Source: Chitinophagales bacterium (GTDB lineage: Bacteria; Bacteroidota; Bacteroidia; Chitinophagales; S012-47). Taken from it: a DNA stretch of 64,000 bases. Of the stretch, positions 21,818-32,368 are shown piece after piece. The position numbers and the translations under genes are program-made. Numbering within the stretch: the stretch's first letter is position 1; the number at the start of each line of letters is the position of its first letter. The notes beneath the pieces are model-generated. The model made no database searches. It saw only the letters and a list, made by a program, of their open reading frames with translations, and was not told where the DNA came from. The stretch spans positions 331 to 64,330 of the forward strand of contig WFPF01000122.1 in NCBI GenBank assembly GCA_015487695.1, read 5' to 3'.

Positions 21818-23250
21818 TCCGGATTGGTTTTTAATGACGATTCTTCCGGGAAGATTTTACCGGGGTTTAAAATGTTTCCTGGATCAAATATTTTCTTTAT
21901 GTTTTTCATGGCTGCAATTTCTGCCGGGCTGAAGACAATGGGAAGGAATTCTTTTTGCACCAGCCCGATGCCATGTTCCCCGCTGATGGTGCCTCCCAGT
22001 TTTCGCACTTCGGTAAAGAGCTCCCGCAGGGCTTCCCGCAGTCCGTCATTCCAAAAGTCCTCACTCAGATTCCCTTTTAAAATGTTTACGTGTAAGTTGC
22101 CGTCACCGGCATGCCCGTAGCATATCGACCGAAAGCCGTATTTATTGCCTATTTCTTTCACTTTGTCGATAAGCTCGGGCAGGAAAGCCCGGGGGACAAC
22201 GGTATCTTCTTCCTTGTAAACCGAGTGTGCTTTTACGGCTTCGGCTATGCGGGAACGGAGATACCACAGGGCCTCTTTGTCCTTTTCGTTATCGGCAATT
22301 AATATCTCACCCACATCGAAATCACTGAGGATTTCGCTGATTTTTTCGCAATCTTCATAGAGCAGATCCATGTTGAATCCATCCACTTCGATGAGCAGCT
22401 GTGCTTCTGTTTTCTCATCCATGGGCAGGGCTCCGCGGCCGGCAAACTCCATGGCCAGCACAAGGGCATCCCGTTCCATAAATTCCAGGGCCGAAGGGTT
22501 CAGCCCTTTCATAAATAGGGCCGAAACGGCTTCCATGGCTTTGCGCATGCGCCTGAAGGGAGCCAGAAGCGTAATTCTGTGAGGGGGATAGGGAATGAGG
22601 CGGAGAACCACCTTTGTGATAATGCCGAGGGTGCCTTCGCTCCCTACAAAAAGCTGTGTGAGGTTGTATCCCGTGCTGTTTTTCAGTGTGTTTGCACCGG
22701 TCCAGATGATGTCTCCGTTCGGCAGTACCACCTCCAGGTTGAGAACCCAGTCTTTGACCACACCGTATTTTACAGCCCGTGGCCCACCGGAGTTCTCGGC
22801 TACATTGCCCCCGATAAAGCAACTGCCTTTGCTTGCGGGGTCGGGCGGGTAATAAAGATTGAGTTTTTGCACTTCTTCCTGCAACTCCTGGGTGATCACT
22901 CCGGGTTCGGTGATGACCATCATATTGCGCGGGTCAATTTCCAGTATGTCATTCATGCGCCAGGTGCTGATGACCACACCGCCTCTGACCGGAATGGCTC
23001 CTCCGCTGAGTCCGGTGCCAGCTCCCCGGGGGGTTACCGGAATCCGGTGCTTATTGCAAAGGGCCAGTATCTCGCTTATTTGTTCCGGTGTGCGGGGCGA
23101 AAGTGCCAGTTCGGGCAGAAAACGAAGGTCTTCGGTCTCGTCATGGCTATAGCGGGCAAGCAGCTCCGGGTCACGTTCTACCCACTCTTCTTCGAGTATC
23201 AGGATAAACTGCTCAACTATCTCATCGCTGATAGGTCCGTAGTCACTCAT
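21814..23250 (-). CDS. FAD-linked oxidase, GlcD / D-2-hydroxyacid dehydrogenase family
   Basis: PRGAGTGLSGG, PPDPAS, GSEGTLGII, GHAGDGNLH, SGEHGIG, LNPGK. Confidence 0.9.
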   Translation of the reverse strand: MSDYGPISDEIVEQFILILEEEWVERDPELLARYSHDETEDLRFLPELALSPRTPEQISEILALCNKHRIPVTPRGAGTGLSGGAIPVRGGVVISTWRMNDILEIDPRNMMVITEPGVITQELQEEVQKLNLYYPPDPASKGSCFIGGNVAENSGGPRAVKYGVVKDWVLNLEVVLPNGDIIWTGANTLKNSTGYNLTQLFVGSEGTLGIITKVVLRLIPYPPHRITLLAPFRRMRKAMEAVSALFMKGLNPSALEFMERDALVLAMEFAGRGALPMDEKTEAQLLIEVDGFNMDLLYEDCEKISEILSDFDVGEILIADNEKDKEALWYLRSRIAEAVKAHSVYKEEDTVVPRAFLPELIDKVKEIGNKYGFRSICYGHAGDGNLHVNILKGNLSEDFWNDGLREALRELFTEVRKLGGTISGEHGIGLVQKEFLPIVFSPAEIAAMKNIKKIFDPGNILNPGKIFPEESSLKTNPE

Positions 23251-23260
23251 GATTTTAGCT

Positions 23261-24274
23261 TTAAATACGAATACATGGAATAACGATTTGTCTGACGGGG
23301 GTCTGTCGCCCGATGATGTATTTCATCGAAAGCTCGAAACCGCCCAGGGTTTTGCTGGCCTGCCTGATGTCGTAAAGATTGAAGTCGTAACTCAGCATGG
23401 TTTCCACACCGCGAAAACTGAATCCGACCGCAGGGATGGCATCTCCGCTGGCTCTCCACCAGGCTCCCACACTCAGTCTTTCTACCGGGTTGTTCTGCAG
23501 GTAATAATGCAAATTGCCGCCCACCAGCAGTTCGCTTGCCGCACGCTGCCATGAAAAAAAGAAGCCGGGTTCGGCCAGCCATTGACCTTTGAAGCGGATG
23601 CCGGCCCCTCCTTCCAAAAAGTGCCTGCGGCCCAGGCGGCTCTGATTATAAAAGCCATAGCGGGGCGCAAGACTATGGGCGATGGCGTAGCTCAGGTGCC
23701 AGTCCTGTCTCTCATCCGGCCGGTATCGTGCATAGACGCCCATGCTCAGATCGCGGTAGCTGTAGTTTGACTCCCCGCTTTTTTCGCCCGTAGCGAGCTG
23801 ATTATCAAAGCCGTGATCGGTCCACTGCCGGTCGAAACGATATTGCGAGAAGTCTGTCTTCTGCTGAATATTGCCATACCCGGCTCCGAAAGACAAATTC
23901 AGTTTCAACGCTTCGAGATACTTTGACAGGGAGGCACTCAGATATATTTTCCGGGTATTCAGCTTGCCGTCTCCGGCCTGATCGTTCAGGAGATAAAAGC
24001 CCACACCCAATTGGAGGGGAAATTTTTTGATCATCGGGCGGTAATCTCCTGAAAATGCATAGCTGCTATAGGGGACTGTGATGCTGCGCCACTGGTCGCG
24101 GTAGTTGGCATGCAGCCGCCATTCCCCGTCAAACTGCCCGCTTTTAGCCGGATTGATCATCAGAGGGGAATTGAAAAAATGCCCGAAATGCATGTCCTGG
24201 GCATGAAGGGAACGAAACGCCCCGTTCAGCAGAGTGCCAAAAAAAATTGCCAGTATGAAGATTTCTTTTTTCAC
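23261..24274 (-). CDS. PorP/SprF family T9SS outer-membrane protein
   Basis: AQDMHF..F..SPL.INPA, YRDQW, SYD, GGFELS. Adjacent to a type B cargo gene. Confidence 0.9.
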   Translation of the reverse strand: MKKEIFILAIFFGTLLNGAFRSLHAQDMHFGHFFNSPLMINPAKSGQFDGEWRLHANYRDQWRSITVPYSSYAFSGDYRPMIKKFPLQLGVGFYLLNDQAGDGKLNTRKIYLSASLSKYLEALKLNLSFGAGYGNIQQKTDFSQYRFDRQWTDHGFDNQLATGEKSGESNYSYRDLSMGVYARYRPDERQDWHLSYAIAHSLAPRYGFYNQSRLGRRHFLEGGAGIRFKGQWLAEPGFFFSWQRAASELLVGGNLHYYLQNNPVERLSVGAWWRASGDAIPAVGFSFRGVETMLSYDFNLYDIRQASKTLGGFELSMKYIIGRQTPVRQIVIPCIRI

Positions 24275-27200
24275 CTGATCAATGTAATATTTCCTTTTTT
24301 GCTCACTTTCTCATTGTTCTCAAGCAGGGCATTGAGCACGTAAACATATACATCCATGTCCTGTTCCTCCCCGTTAAACCGGCCATCCCAGCCCTGCGAG
24401 AGGCGGTCGGTTTCGAATACAAGTTGTCCCCAGCGGTTGTAGAGGCGAAAATCCAAATCAATGACACCAAAGCCTCGCACAAAAAGCGTATCGTTGTTGC
24501 CATCCCCGTTCGGGGTGAAAGCGTTGGGCACGTCCACGAGCGGAAAGATAAGCTCGCGGCAAAGCGTGTCTTCGCAGAATTCATTTTCGATGGCGAGGCA
24601 TATTTCATAGCGGCCGAGGGCCCCGAAACGAAAAGACCAGTTTTTCTCCGTGCTCTGCAGCTGCCCGTCAAGCAACCAGGAATACTGATCGCCACCGATG
24701 CTTTTGTTTGTAAATCGCACGAGCTGTTCAAGCTCCGGGTTGCCCGGGTCTATGTCGAAGAGTGCTTCGGTGGTGTTCAGCACTTCCACCTCGATGAGGC
24801 TGCTGTCGATATAGCGGCAGGTTTTGCCCGGTTTGATATAGAACTTTACCTTGTAATTGCCGCTGTCGCGATACGTATAAACCGGGTTTTCGGCATTGGA
24901 GCTGTCTCCTGTTCCGAAATCCCAGATATAATAAGCCCCCGGTTTCCCGAGATTTTCAAAGCGGACGGTAAGCGGTGCGCAGCCCGAGAGCTCGGGGCCG
25001 GCAGCGGCCAGGGCGTGCACTTCGATCAACTGAAACTCAAACTTGATTACCCCCAGATTGCAGTTCCTGCTCTTGTTCTCCTGGCTCCAGGCTCCGGGAG
25101 TGGTCGGGAAATCGCTGTTGCCTCCGCAACCGGCACATACCGCCTGGTATATTATCCCGTTCTTGTCGAAGCGGCTGGTACCACCGTCCACGTGTTCATG
25201 GCTTATGGCTCCTCCGAAGTAGCTGGCATATATGAGGCTGTCGGCATTTTCGGAAAAAACAATGAAATAAAAATCGCTTCCATCGGTGACGGATTGAAAA
25301 GCATCCGGACTGAGGGGCATATTCCGGATATCTGTGATGGGATGTTTTGAACGCGAATAGGCATTGGTTTCTCCGCCCCATCCCGATACGTAAATATTCT
25401 TGCAATCGTCCACGAGAAAAGCGGTAGGAGACAACTCGGGAAGATTCCTTCCCGATCCGAAACGGGTCAGCATTTTGATTTGAGACATATTGCTGTCGAG
25501 GCGGGCAATGAACTGCCCCGAATTGGAGTAAGCGGCCGGATTGCCGATGCGGGTGAGCTCCGGAGAGTCGCTGTTTCCCGTGATGTAGATGTCCCCGTCA
25601 AAGTCGAAATCGACAAAATAGGATATATCCAGACCGCTGCCTCCAAAGTAACTTGAACGCAGGAGCTGGAAGCTTTTATTGTCAATCATCGCAAGAATAC
25701 CGTCATTGACCCCTCCCCGGAACTGGGGAAAAAGGCTGCCGCTGGTGGTAGGGAAGTCGTGGCTTGCCGTAGCCCCTGTAACGACCAGTCGCGATTCATC
25801 GTCAGAAAGTTTTACAGAGAAAGCCGCATCCATGTCACTGCCCCCGAGGTAACCCGACCAGATCAGGGTATCCATATTTCTGTTGAGCTTGAAAATGACC
25901 GCATCGAGGCGCTGGCCGTAAGTACTTTGAAACGCATTGCTGCTGACCGGAAAATCATCGGAATTGCTGCAACTGGCCACATAGGCATTGCCCTTTTGAT
26001 CCACCACGATTTCGCCCCGGAAAATATCACCGTAATTTAGGTTCAGCGAGGTATCGGGATAGGAGGGCGCAAGTCGCCTGGCCGCATTGATGCCGTCATT
26101 TCGGGATCCCCCGATGAAGGTGGAGGAAAGAAGACTGTCGCCCTGGGCAGACAGGCGGCATACGTAGATGTCCGAACCGTTTGGAAAACGGGTTCCGTTG
26201 TTGATGTAGTTTACCGCTGACCCTCCGTTGAAACTCGGATCAAAGGCATTGGACAAGACAGGAAAATCGACCGACCCGGTGATGCCGAAGATGTAAAGTT
26301 CATCCTTTGGGCCGATGACAAGGCTGTTGGGCGTTTCGGTGCTGCTGCCTCCGATATAGGTGGAATAGATAAGCTGTGACCCGTCTTTTGAAAATTTACT
26401 GATGCTGATGTCGGTCATGCCGGCAAAACTGGTCATAAAGGCACCCGTGGTAGTGGGATATCTGTTGCCAAAGGCAATACTGCCGCTGTAGAGAAACCCG
26501 GAGGTGTCATAGGTGGCCGTAAATCCGAAGTTATCGCTGTATGAGCCGGAGTATGAGCTGAAGGTGAGCAGCGGGTCGATGATAAGGGGCAGGCTCCTGT
26601 CATAGTCCCGGGGCAGCGAAAAGGAGACTTCCCCGTCTTTGAGCCGGTAGTGGCAGCTTCGCAGGAGCGTATCACCGCTGGGGCTGATCTGAAAGGCCTT
26701 CGGAATCATTTCAATGAGCTCAGCGCCTGAGTTGCCCAGGTGGAGCCTGCCGAACTCGTCTACAAAGAGTGCATCCAGATAGAGATATTTCAGACGGATG
26801 TCTTCGACCTCACCGCCCGGATGCACGGTGATGTCATACTTCAGATGCCCGCCCGACTCGAAATAGTGAAAGTCTATCTGATCATAAACTGATTGGTATA
26901 TTATCTCCGACCAGGCCCTGAGCCTTCCGGACCATTTTTGCGCATCGTTTCCAAGAATAAAATGATAGAATGTTGACCGTGCTTTCTCTTCCCGGATCTG
27001 CAGGTTTGCGGAAGGGCGAATGAATTTCATTTCAAAGACATGGGTGCGTACTGAGTCGGGCCGCTTGCTGTCGGACTTCGCATATTGATGAGCGTGAAGT
27101 CCTTTCATGTCTTCCGGATGAAAGAGCATAAACGCGAGGCCGTCCTTTTCGAAGAAAATGCGTCCGCTGCCAAATCGGGCACTTGCCTCCACCTTTGCAG

Positions 27201-27306
27201 GCCACTGCCCCCCGTTCTCCACCAGGGTAAACTGAGCAGACAGGGGATCGGCAAGCAAGAGCAGGCAGAGCGTCAAAAGAAAGGTGCCAAAAGAGATTCG
27301 CCTCAT
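24271..27306 (-). CDS. T9SS type B cargo with SBBP-like propeller repeats, PKD domains and gliding-motility (CHU_C) CTD
   Basis: ENGGQW N-domain, LIIDP, repeated STYIGGS / S.DFP.T motifs, WDFG PKD motif, C-terminal VPNAFTPNGDGNND...YNRWG...GNITLIR. Confidence 0.88.
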   Translation of the reverse strand: MRRISFGTFLLTLCLLLLADPLSAQFTLVENGGQWPAKVEASARFGSGRIFFEKDGLAFMLFHPEDMKGLHAHQYAKSDSKRPDSVRTHVFEMKFIRPSANLQIREEKARSTFYHFILGNDAQKWSGRLRAWSEIIYQSVYDQIDFHYFESGGHLKYDITVHPGGEVEDIRLKYLYLDALFVDEFGRLHLGNSGAELIEMIPKAFQISPSGDTLLRSCHYRLKDGEVSFSLPRDYDRSLPLIIDPLLTFSSYSGSYSDNFGFTATYDTSGFLYSGSIAFGNRYPTTTGAFMTSFAGMTDISISKFSKDGSQLIYSTYIGGSSTETPNSLVIGPKDELYIFGITGSVDFPVLSNAFDPSFNGGSAVNYINNGTRFPNGSDIYVCRLSAQGDSLLSSTFIGGSRNDGINAARRLAPSYPDTSLNLNYGDIFRGEIVVDQKGNAYVASCSNSDDFPVSSNAFQSTYGQRLDAVIFKLNRNMDTLIWSGYLGGSDMDAAFSVKLSDDESRLVVTGATASHDFPTTSGSLFPQFRGGVNDGILAMIDNKSFQLLRSSYFGGSGLDISYFVDFDFDGDIYITGNSDSPELTRIGNPAAYSNSGQFIARLDSNMSQIKMLTRFGSGRNLPELSPTAFLVDDCKNIYVSGWGGETNAYSRSKHPITDIRNMPLSPDAFQSVTDGSDFYFIVFSENADSLIYASYFGGAISHEHVDGGTSRFDKNGIIYQAVCAGCGGNSDFPTTPGAWSQENKSRNCNLGVIKFEFQLIEVHALAAAGPELSGCAPLTVRFENLGKPGAYYIWDFGTGDSSNAENPVYTYRDSGNYKVKFYIKPGKTCRYIDSSLIEVEVLNTTEALFDIDPGNPELEQLVRFTNKSIGGDQYSWLLDGQLQSTEKNWSFRFGALGRYEICLAIENEFCEDTLCRELIFPLVDVPNAFTPNGDGNNDTLFVRGFGVIDLDFRLYNRWGQLVFETDRLSQGWDGRFNGEEQDMDVYVYVLNALLENNEKVSKKGNITLIR

Positions 27307-27380
27307 TACACCTAAAAATAAGCAAAATGAAGTATTAGACCGTCACGGCTTCCTCATCTTCAAATCTTCTCCTGCTGGCT

Positions 27381-29660
27381 TCAGGCAGGTTGTGCCGCGC
27401 GCTTGTTTTGCAGGCGTATGAGGTTCAGGGCCGAACCGGCTTTAAACCATTCAATCTGGATTTCATTATAGGTATGATTGCAGAGAATTAAATCTTTGCT
27501 TCCATCTGCGTGTTTCAGTTCGACCTGCAGTTGTTCTCCGGGTTTGAATGAGTCCATGCGGAAAGTAAAACGGTCATCTTCCAGTACTTTGTCGTAATCC
27601 GACTTGTCTGAAAAGGTGAGCGCCAGCACGCCCTGCTTTTTCAGGTTGGTTTCGTGTATGCGGGCAAAGGAACGCACAATAACAGCCCGAACACCGAGAT
27701 GGCGGGGCTCCATGGCGGCATGCTCGCGCGAAGAACCTTCCCCGTAGTTCTCATCTCCCACAATGACCGAAGCAACTCCGTGAGCTTTATAATACCGGGC
27801 GGTATCCGGCACAGGACCGTATTCGCCTGTCAGTTGATTTTTGACCTTATTGCTTTCGCCATTGAAGGCATTGATGGCCCCGATGAGGAGGTTGTTGCTG
27901 ATGTTGTCAAGGTGTCCGCGGAAACGCAGCCAGGGGCCGGCCATGGAGATATGGTCGGTGGTGCACTTTCCGATTACTTTGATGAGTAGTACGAGATCTT
28001 CCAGGTCTTTTCCGTCCCATGCCGGGAAGGGTTCCAGCAGTTGCAGCCTTTCGCTGTGGGGGTCAATGCTGATCTCAATGTCGCTTCCGTCTTTGGCCGG
28101 TGGAACATATCCGGCATCATCCACATCGAAACCCTTTGCGGGGAATCGCATGCCCTTGGGCTCGGGGAGCTTCACTTCCCGCCCGTCAGCGGTGGTCAGG
28201 GTATCGGTCAACGGATTGAAATCGAGGGTGCCGGCTATGGCAAAAGCCGTTGTAATTTCAGGGGAAGCCACGAAGGCATGGGTATTGGGGTTGCCGTCAT
28301 TGCGCTTGGCAAAGTTGCGGTTGAAAGAGGTCATGATCGAATTTTTCTTCTTCGGATCATTGGTATGCCGCGCCCATTGCCCGATACAGGGCCCGCAGGC
28401 ATTGGCCAGTACCGTGGCGCCTCCCTGCTCGAAAATGTCAAGAATGCCGTCCCGTTCGGCCGTAAAACGCACCATCTCCGAGCCGGGGGTAACCGTAAAT
28501 TCCGATTTCATTTCCAGGCCATTGTCCTTGGCAAACTGCACCAGCTCGGCTGCACGGGTCAGGTCTTCGTAGCTTGAATTGGTACATGAGCCGATGAGTC
28601 CGACTTCCAGTTTTTCAGGCCATCCGTTTTCTTTCACGGCTTCGCGAAACTTGCTTACCGGCCAGGCCAGGTCGGGTGTGAAAGGTCCGTTGATGTGGGG
28701 CTCCAGTTCCGAGAGGTTGATTTCAATCAGCTCGTCATAGTATTTGGCCGGATTGGCATGCACCTCATCATCAGATCGAAGATGTTCGCGTACGGTATCG
28801 GCCAGTTCGGCCACATCGCTGCGTTGGGTTTCTTTGAGGTAATCGGCCATGGCTTCGTCATATTCGAATAGGGAAGTGGTCGCACCAATTTCGGCTCCCA
28901 TGTTGCAAATAGTGCCTTTGCCGGTAGCCGAAATGCTTTCGGCTCCTTCTCCGAAATATTCCACGATGGCACCGGTGCCCCCTTTAACCGTCAGAATACC
29001 GGCTACCTTAAGGATTACATCTTTCGGGGAGGTCCAGCCACTCAGGCGGCCCGTCAGCTTCACTCCGATAAGCTTGGGCATGCGCAGTTCCCATGGCATA
29101 CCGGCCATCACATCTACGGCATCCGCACCACCGACCCCGATGGCTACCATTCCGAGTCCGCCCGCATTGGGTGTGTGGCTGTCGGTACCGATCATCATGC
29201 CACCCGGGAAAGCGTAATTTTCGAGAACAACCTGATGAATAATGCCGGCTCCCGGTTTCCAGAAACCGATTCCGTATTTATTGGACACCCTTGAAAGAAA
29301 CTGGTAGACTTCGTTGTTTTGGTTGAGCGCTTCCTGCAGGTCTTTGTCGGCTCCTACGCGGGCCTGAATCAGGTGGTCGCAATGAACCGTGGTGGGAACC
29401 GCTACTTTGTCGCGGCCGGCCAGCATAAATTGCAGAAGCGCCATTTGGGCTGTGGCATCCTGCATGGCAATACGATCCGGAGCAAAATCCACATAATCCT
29501 TGCCGCGCTTCAATTCGCGTTCGGCAGCCGACTGAAACAAGTGGGCATAAAGGATTTTCTCACTCACCGTCATCGGGCGCTGAAGGATTTCTTTGGCTTT
29601 TCTTACCTTTTCAGGCAGTTGCTCATACACATTCCGGATCATATCAATATCAAAGGCCAT
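27381..29660 (-). CDS. acnA: Aconitate hydratase (mitochondrial-like type)
   Basis: [53 protein letters not shown]. Confidence 0.95.
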   Translation of the reverse strand: MAFDIDMIRNVYEQLPEKVRKAKEILQRPMTVSEKILYAHLFQSAAERELKRGKDYVDFAPDRIAMQDATAQMALLQFMLAGRDKVAVPTTVHCDHLIQARVGADKDLQEALNQNNEVYQFLSRVSNKYGIGFWKPGAGIIHQVVLENYAFPGGMMIGTDSHTPNAGGLGMVAIGVGGADAVDVMAGMPWELRMPKLIGVKLTGRLSGWTSPKDVILKVAGILTVKGGTGAIVEYFGEGAESISATGKGTICNMGAEIGATTSLFEYDEAMADYLKETQRSDVAELADTVREHLRSDDEVHANPAKYYDELIEINLSELEPHINGPFTPDLAWPVSKFREAVKENGWPEKLEVGLIGSCTNSSYEDLTRAAELVQFAKDNGLEMKSEFTVTPGSEMVRFTAERDGILDIFEQGGATVLANACGPCIGQWARHTNDPKKKNSIMTSFNRNFAKRNDGNPNTHAFVASPEITTAFAIAGTLDFNPLTDTLTTADGREVKLPEPKGMRFPAKGFDVDDAGYVPPAKDGSDIEISIDPHSERLQLLEPFPAWDGKDLEDLVLLIKVIGKCTTDHISMAGPWLRFRGHLDNISNNLLIGAINAFNGESNKVKNQLTGEYGPVPDTARYYKAHGVASVIVGDENYGEGSSREHAAMEPRHLGVRAVIVRSFARIHETNLKKQGVLALTFSDKSDYDKVLEDDRFTFRMDSFKPGEQLQVELKHADGSKDLILCNHTYNEIQIEWFKAGSALNLIRLQNKRAAQPA

Positions 29661-29755
29661 AGCGTTTAAATTTAAATCTTGTTAAAAAACACTGCGAAAT
29701 TAATCAATATCCTACTTTCGCCTGAGCTTTAACCATTGATTTAAGATTACTTAAG

Positions 29756-30982
29756 ATGCCTTTACTGGAAAATATACGCCTGGCCCTGAGATCGATCAAA
29801 GGCAACCTGCTGCGTGCCATACTGACGATCGCGATCATTGCCTTCGGGATCATGGCACTGGTGGGTATTATTACGGCTACCGACAGTATCAAGGCCAGCA
29901 TTTCCAGCAGCTTTGCCACCATGGGTGCAAGCACTTTCACCATCGATGCCAACGGCCCGAGGGTCGGATTTGGCGGTGTGCATGATAAGGAGAACCCGCG
30001 AATCACATACAATGAAGCGCAAAACTTTGCCAGACGCTATGAATTTCCGGCAAAGGTGTCGATATCGACAAGAGCTACAGGCAGGGCCACCGTCAAATAC
30101 GGAGCCGAAAAAACCAATCCCAATGTGCAGGTACTCGGTGTCGGACGATACTACATCGAAACAGCCGGCTACCAGATTGAGGATGGGAGGGACTTTACCG
30201 TTCCGGAGATCAACCGGGGGAGCAATGTGATTCTTCTCGGTCAGGATATTTATACCCGGCTGTTCAAGAAAGAAAAAGCAATCGGGAAGTTTGTCTCTAT
30301 CGGAAATATTCGTTTTCGCGTCATTGGGGTCCTTGCCAAAAAGGGTTCCGGTTTCAGTGGCGGTGGCGACAACCTTGTGCTCATACCTCTGAATGCGGCA
30401 CGGGCCCATTTCACTTCGCCCAATGCCCGCTTTATCATCAGTGTGATGGTCGAAGATCCGGAACGAATGGACGCAGCCATCAGCGAAGCGAAGGCGCTGT
30501 TTCGGAATATTCGCAAAATACACGTAGGGGAGAAAGATAATTTTGCGATCAACAAAAGCGACAGCGTGGCCAACGACCTTATCGACAACCTGCGCATGGT
30601 GGGCTATTTTGCAGCACTGATCGGTTTTATTACCCTCCTCGGGGCAGCCATCGCCCTGATGAATATTATGCTGGTCTCGGTGACGGAGCGCACCCGCGAA
30701 ATAGGGATATCCAAAGCACTGGGAGCCAAGCGCAGCACCATTTTGACTCAGTTTCTGACCGAGGCCGTTGTCATCAGTATCATCGGGGGGCTTGTGGGCA
30801 TTTTTCTCGGAATTCTGGCCGGCAACGGAGTGTCCGCCCTGCTCGGATCTTCCTTTATCATACCCTGGGACTGGATCGGATTTGGTGTGCTGATCTGTCT
30901 TTTTGTAGGGGTCATTGCCGGATTCTACCCGGCCGTGAAAGCAGCCGCACTCGATCCCATCGAGGCATTGCGCTACGAGTGA
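29756..30982 (+). CDS. MacB/FtsX-type ABC transporter permease
   Basis: [38 protein letters not shown]. Confidence 0.92.
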   Translation: MPLLENIRLALRSIKGNLLRAILTIAIIAFGIMALVGIITATDSIKASISSSFATMGASTFTIDANGPRVGFGGVHDKENPRITYNEAQNFARRYEFPAKVSISTRATGRATVKYGAEKTNPNVQVLGVGRYYIETAGYQIEDGRDFTVPEINRGSNVILLGQDIYTRLFKKEKAIGKFVSIGNIRFRVIGVLAKKGSGFSGGGDNLVLIPLNAARAHFTSPNARFIISVMVEDPERMDAAISEAKALFRNIRKIHVGEKDNFAINKSDSVANDLIDNLRMVGYFAALIGFITLLGAAIALMNIMLVSVTERTREIGISKALGAKRSTILTQFLTEAVVISIIGGLVGIFLGILAGNGVSALLGSSFIIPWDWIGFGVLICLFVGVIAGFYPAVKAAALDPIEALRYE

Positions 30983-30996
30983 TGCCCGAAGCAAAG

Positions 30997-31033
30997 AAAA
31001 AAAGAGCCGGCATTCCCATTGGAACCCGGCTCT
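30997..31033 (-). terminator. Intrinsic terminator downstream of sodA (between convergent genes)
   Basis: Stem AGAGCCGG/CCGGCTCT preceded by an A-tract, giving a U-tract on the minus strand. Confidence 0.7.
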
Positions 31034-31054
31034 GATCCTGTCTTTCCACGCTGT

Positions 31055-31660
31055 TTATTTTGCAGCCGCATAACGGCTGGCCACTTCCGACCAGTTGATG
31101 ACGTTCCAGAAATTGGAAACATACTCGGGTCGTCTGTTTTGGTATTTAAGATAGTAAGCGTGCTCCCATACATCCAGCCCCAGAATGGGTGTGCCGTTTG
31201 TATCGACCACATCCATCAGGGGGTTGTCCTGATTTGCCGTGCTGATCACATCCAGCTTTCCGTTGTCGACAATCAGCCAGGCCCAACCCGAGCCGAAACG
31301 GCTCACGGCAGCACCCGAAAAAATCTCTTTGAATTTATCGAAAGAATCGAAAGCGCTGTTGATGGCATCCGCCAGTTCGCCTTCGGGAAGTCCGCCTCCG
31401 TTGGGAGCCATCACTTTCCAGAAGAGGCTGTGATTCCAGTGGCCGCCACCGTTGTTGCGTACAGCCACAGAGTGTTTGCTCACGCTGCGAAGAATGTCTT
31501 CAAGGCTCATGTTTTCTAAATCCGTGCCGGCAATGGCAGCATTGAGTTTGCTCACATATCCGCCATGGTGTTTGGTATAGTGAATTTCCATGGTGCGGGC
31601 ATCGATGTTGGGTTCCAATGCATCATATGCATATGGAAGATCGGGTAATTGAAAAGCCAT
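31055..31660 (-). CDS. sodA: Superoxide dismutase, probably Mn type
   Basis: [39 protein letters not shown]. Start at ATG 31660. Confidence 0.95.
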   Translation of the reverse strand: MAFQLPDLPYAYDALEPNIDARTMEIHYTKHHGGYVSKLNAAIAGTDLENMSLEDILRSVSKHSVAVRNNGGGHWNHSLFWKVMAPNGGGLPEGELADAINSAFDSFDKFKEIFSGAAVSRFGSGWAWLIVDNGKLDVISTANQDNPLMDVVDTNGTPILGLDVWEHAYYLKYQNRRPEYVSNFWNVINWSEVASRYAAAK

Positions 31661-31749
31661 AATTCTGAATTTTGAGGGTTTGTTTAAATAGGGTTTCGAT
31701 TGTAGTCTTTTAATCCGTCTCAAATTTAAATGGTTCAAATGGAAGCAGA

Positions 31750-32262
31750 TTAATCCGTGATATCTTCATCTCCTTTCGAAGAGCGGGACTTGCTGTTTTC
31801 TCTTCTTTTGCTGTTGAAGAACATTTTGAGCATTTTTTCTGATTCATCGGCCATGACATCGGCAGTGAGCCGTGTTTTGGGATGAAGGAGTGCCGTTCCC
31901 GCCATTTTCCGGAAGCCTCTTTTGGGATCGGAGGCTCCGAATACGAGGCCACCCAGCTGCGCCCAGGCGCTGGCTGCGGCACACATGGCGCAGGGCTCCA
32001 GTGTTACGAAAAGGGTGCAGTCGTTCAGGTACTTTGAACCCAGATATTCCGAGCCGGCCGTGAGGGCGATCATCTCGGCATGGGCAGTGGCATCATGAAG
32101 CCTTTCGCTCATGTTGTGCCCCCGGGCAATGATTTGCCCCGAAGCGACCAGAACGGCCCCTACAGGCACTTCGTCTTCCTGCAATGCCTGCCGCGCTTCC
32201 TGGAGGGCAGCCCGCATAAAAAAACGGAGTTGCTCCGGGTTAAATTCATTCTTCTTTTTCAT
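31750..32262 (-). CDS. tadA: tRNA adenosine deaminase TadA family
   Basis: [20 protein letters not shown]. Confidence 0.9.
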   Translation of the reverse strand: MKKKNEFNPEQLRFFMRAALQEARQALQEDEVPVGAVLVASGQIIARGHNMSERLHDATAHAEMIALTAGSEYLGSKYLNDCTLFVTLEPCAMCAAASAWAQLGGLVFGASDPKRGFRKMAGTALLHPKTRLTADVMADESEKMLKMFFNSKRRENSKSRSSKGDEDITD

Positions 32263-32339
32263 GGTCGAATTAAACTTTTGAAAGATGTTAAAATTATATA
32301 AGCCCTGTTATTCAGCTATTTGCCAGCGGCTAAATCGCA

Positions 32340-32347
32340 TATCTTTG
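32340..32347 (+). promoter_or_regulatory. -7 promoter element upstream of the TolC gene
   Basis: TATCTTTG, with TTTG about 17 nt upstream. Confidence 0.55.
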
Positions 32348-32368
32348 GAGCGGTAAATCAAATCGCAT

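Noticed and set aside
27381-29660. Eukaryote-derived aconitase by horizontal transfer
   Set aside because: Mitochondrial-like aconitases are the usual type in many Bacteroidota, and composition matches the flanking genes.
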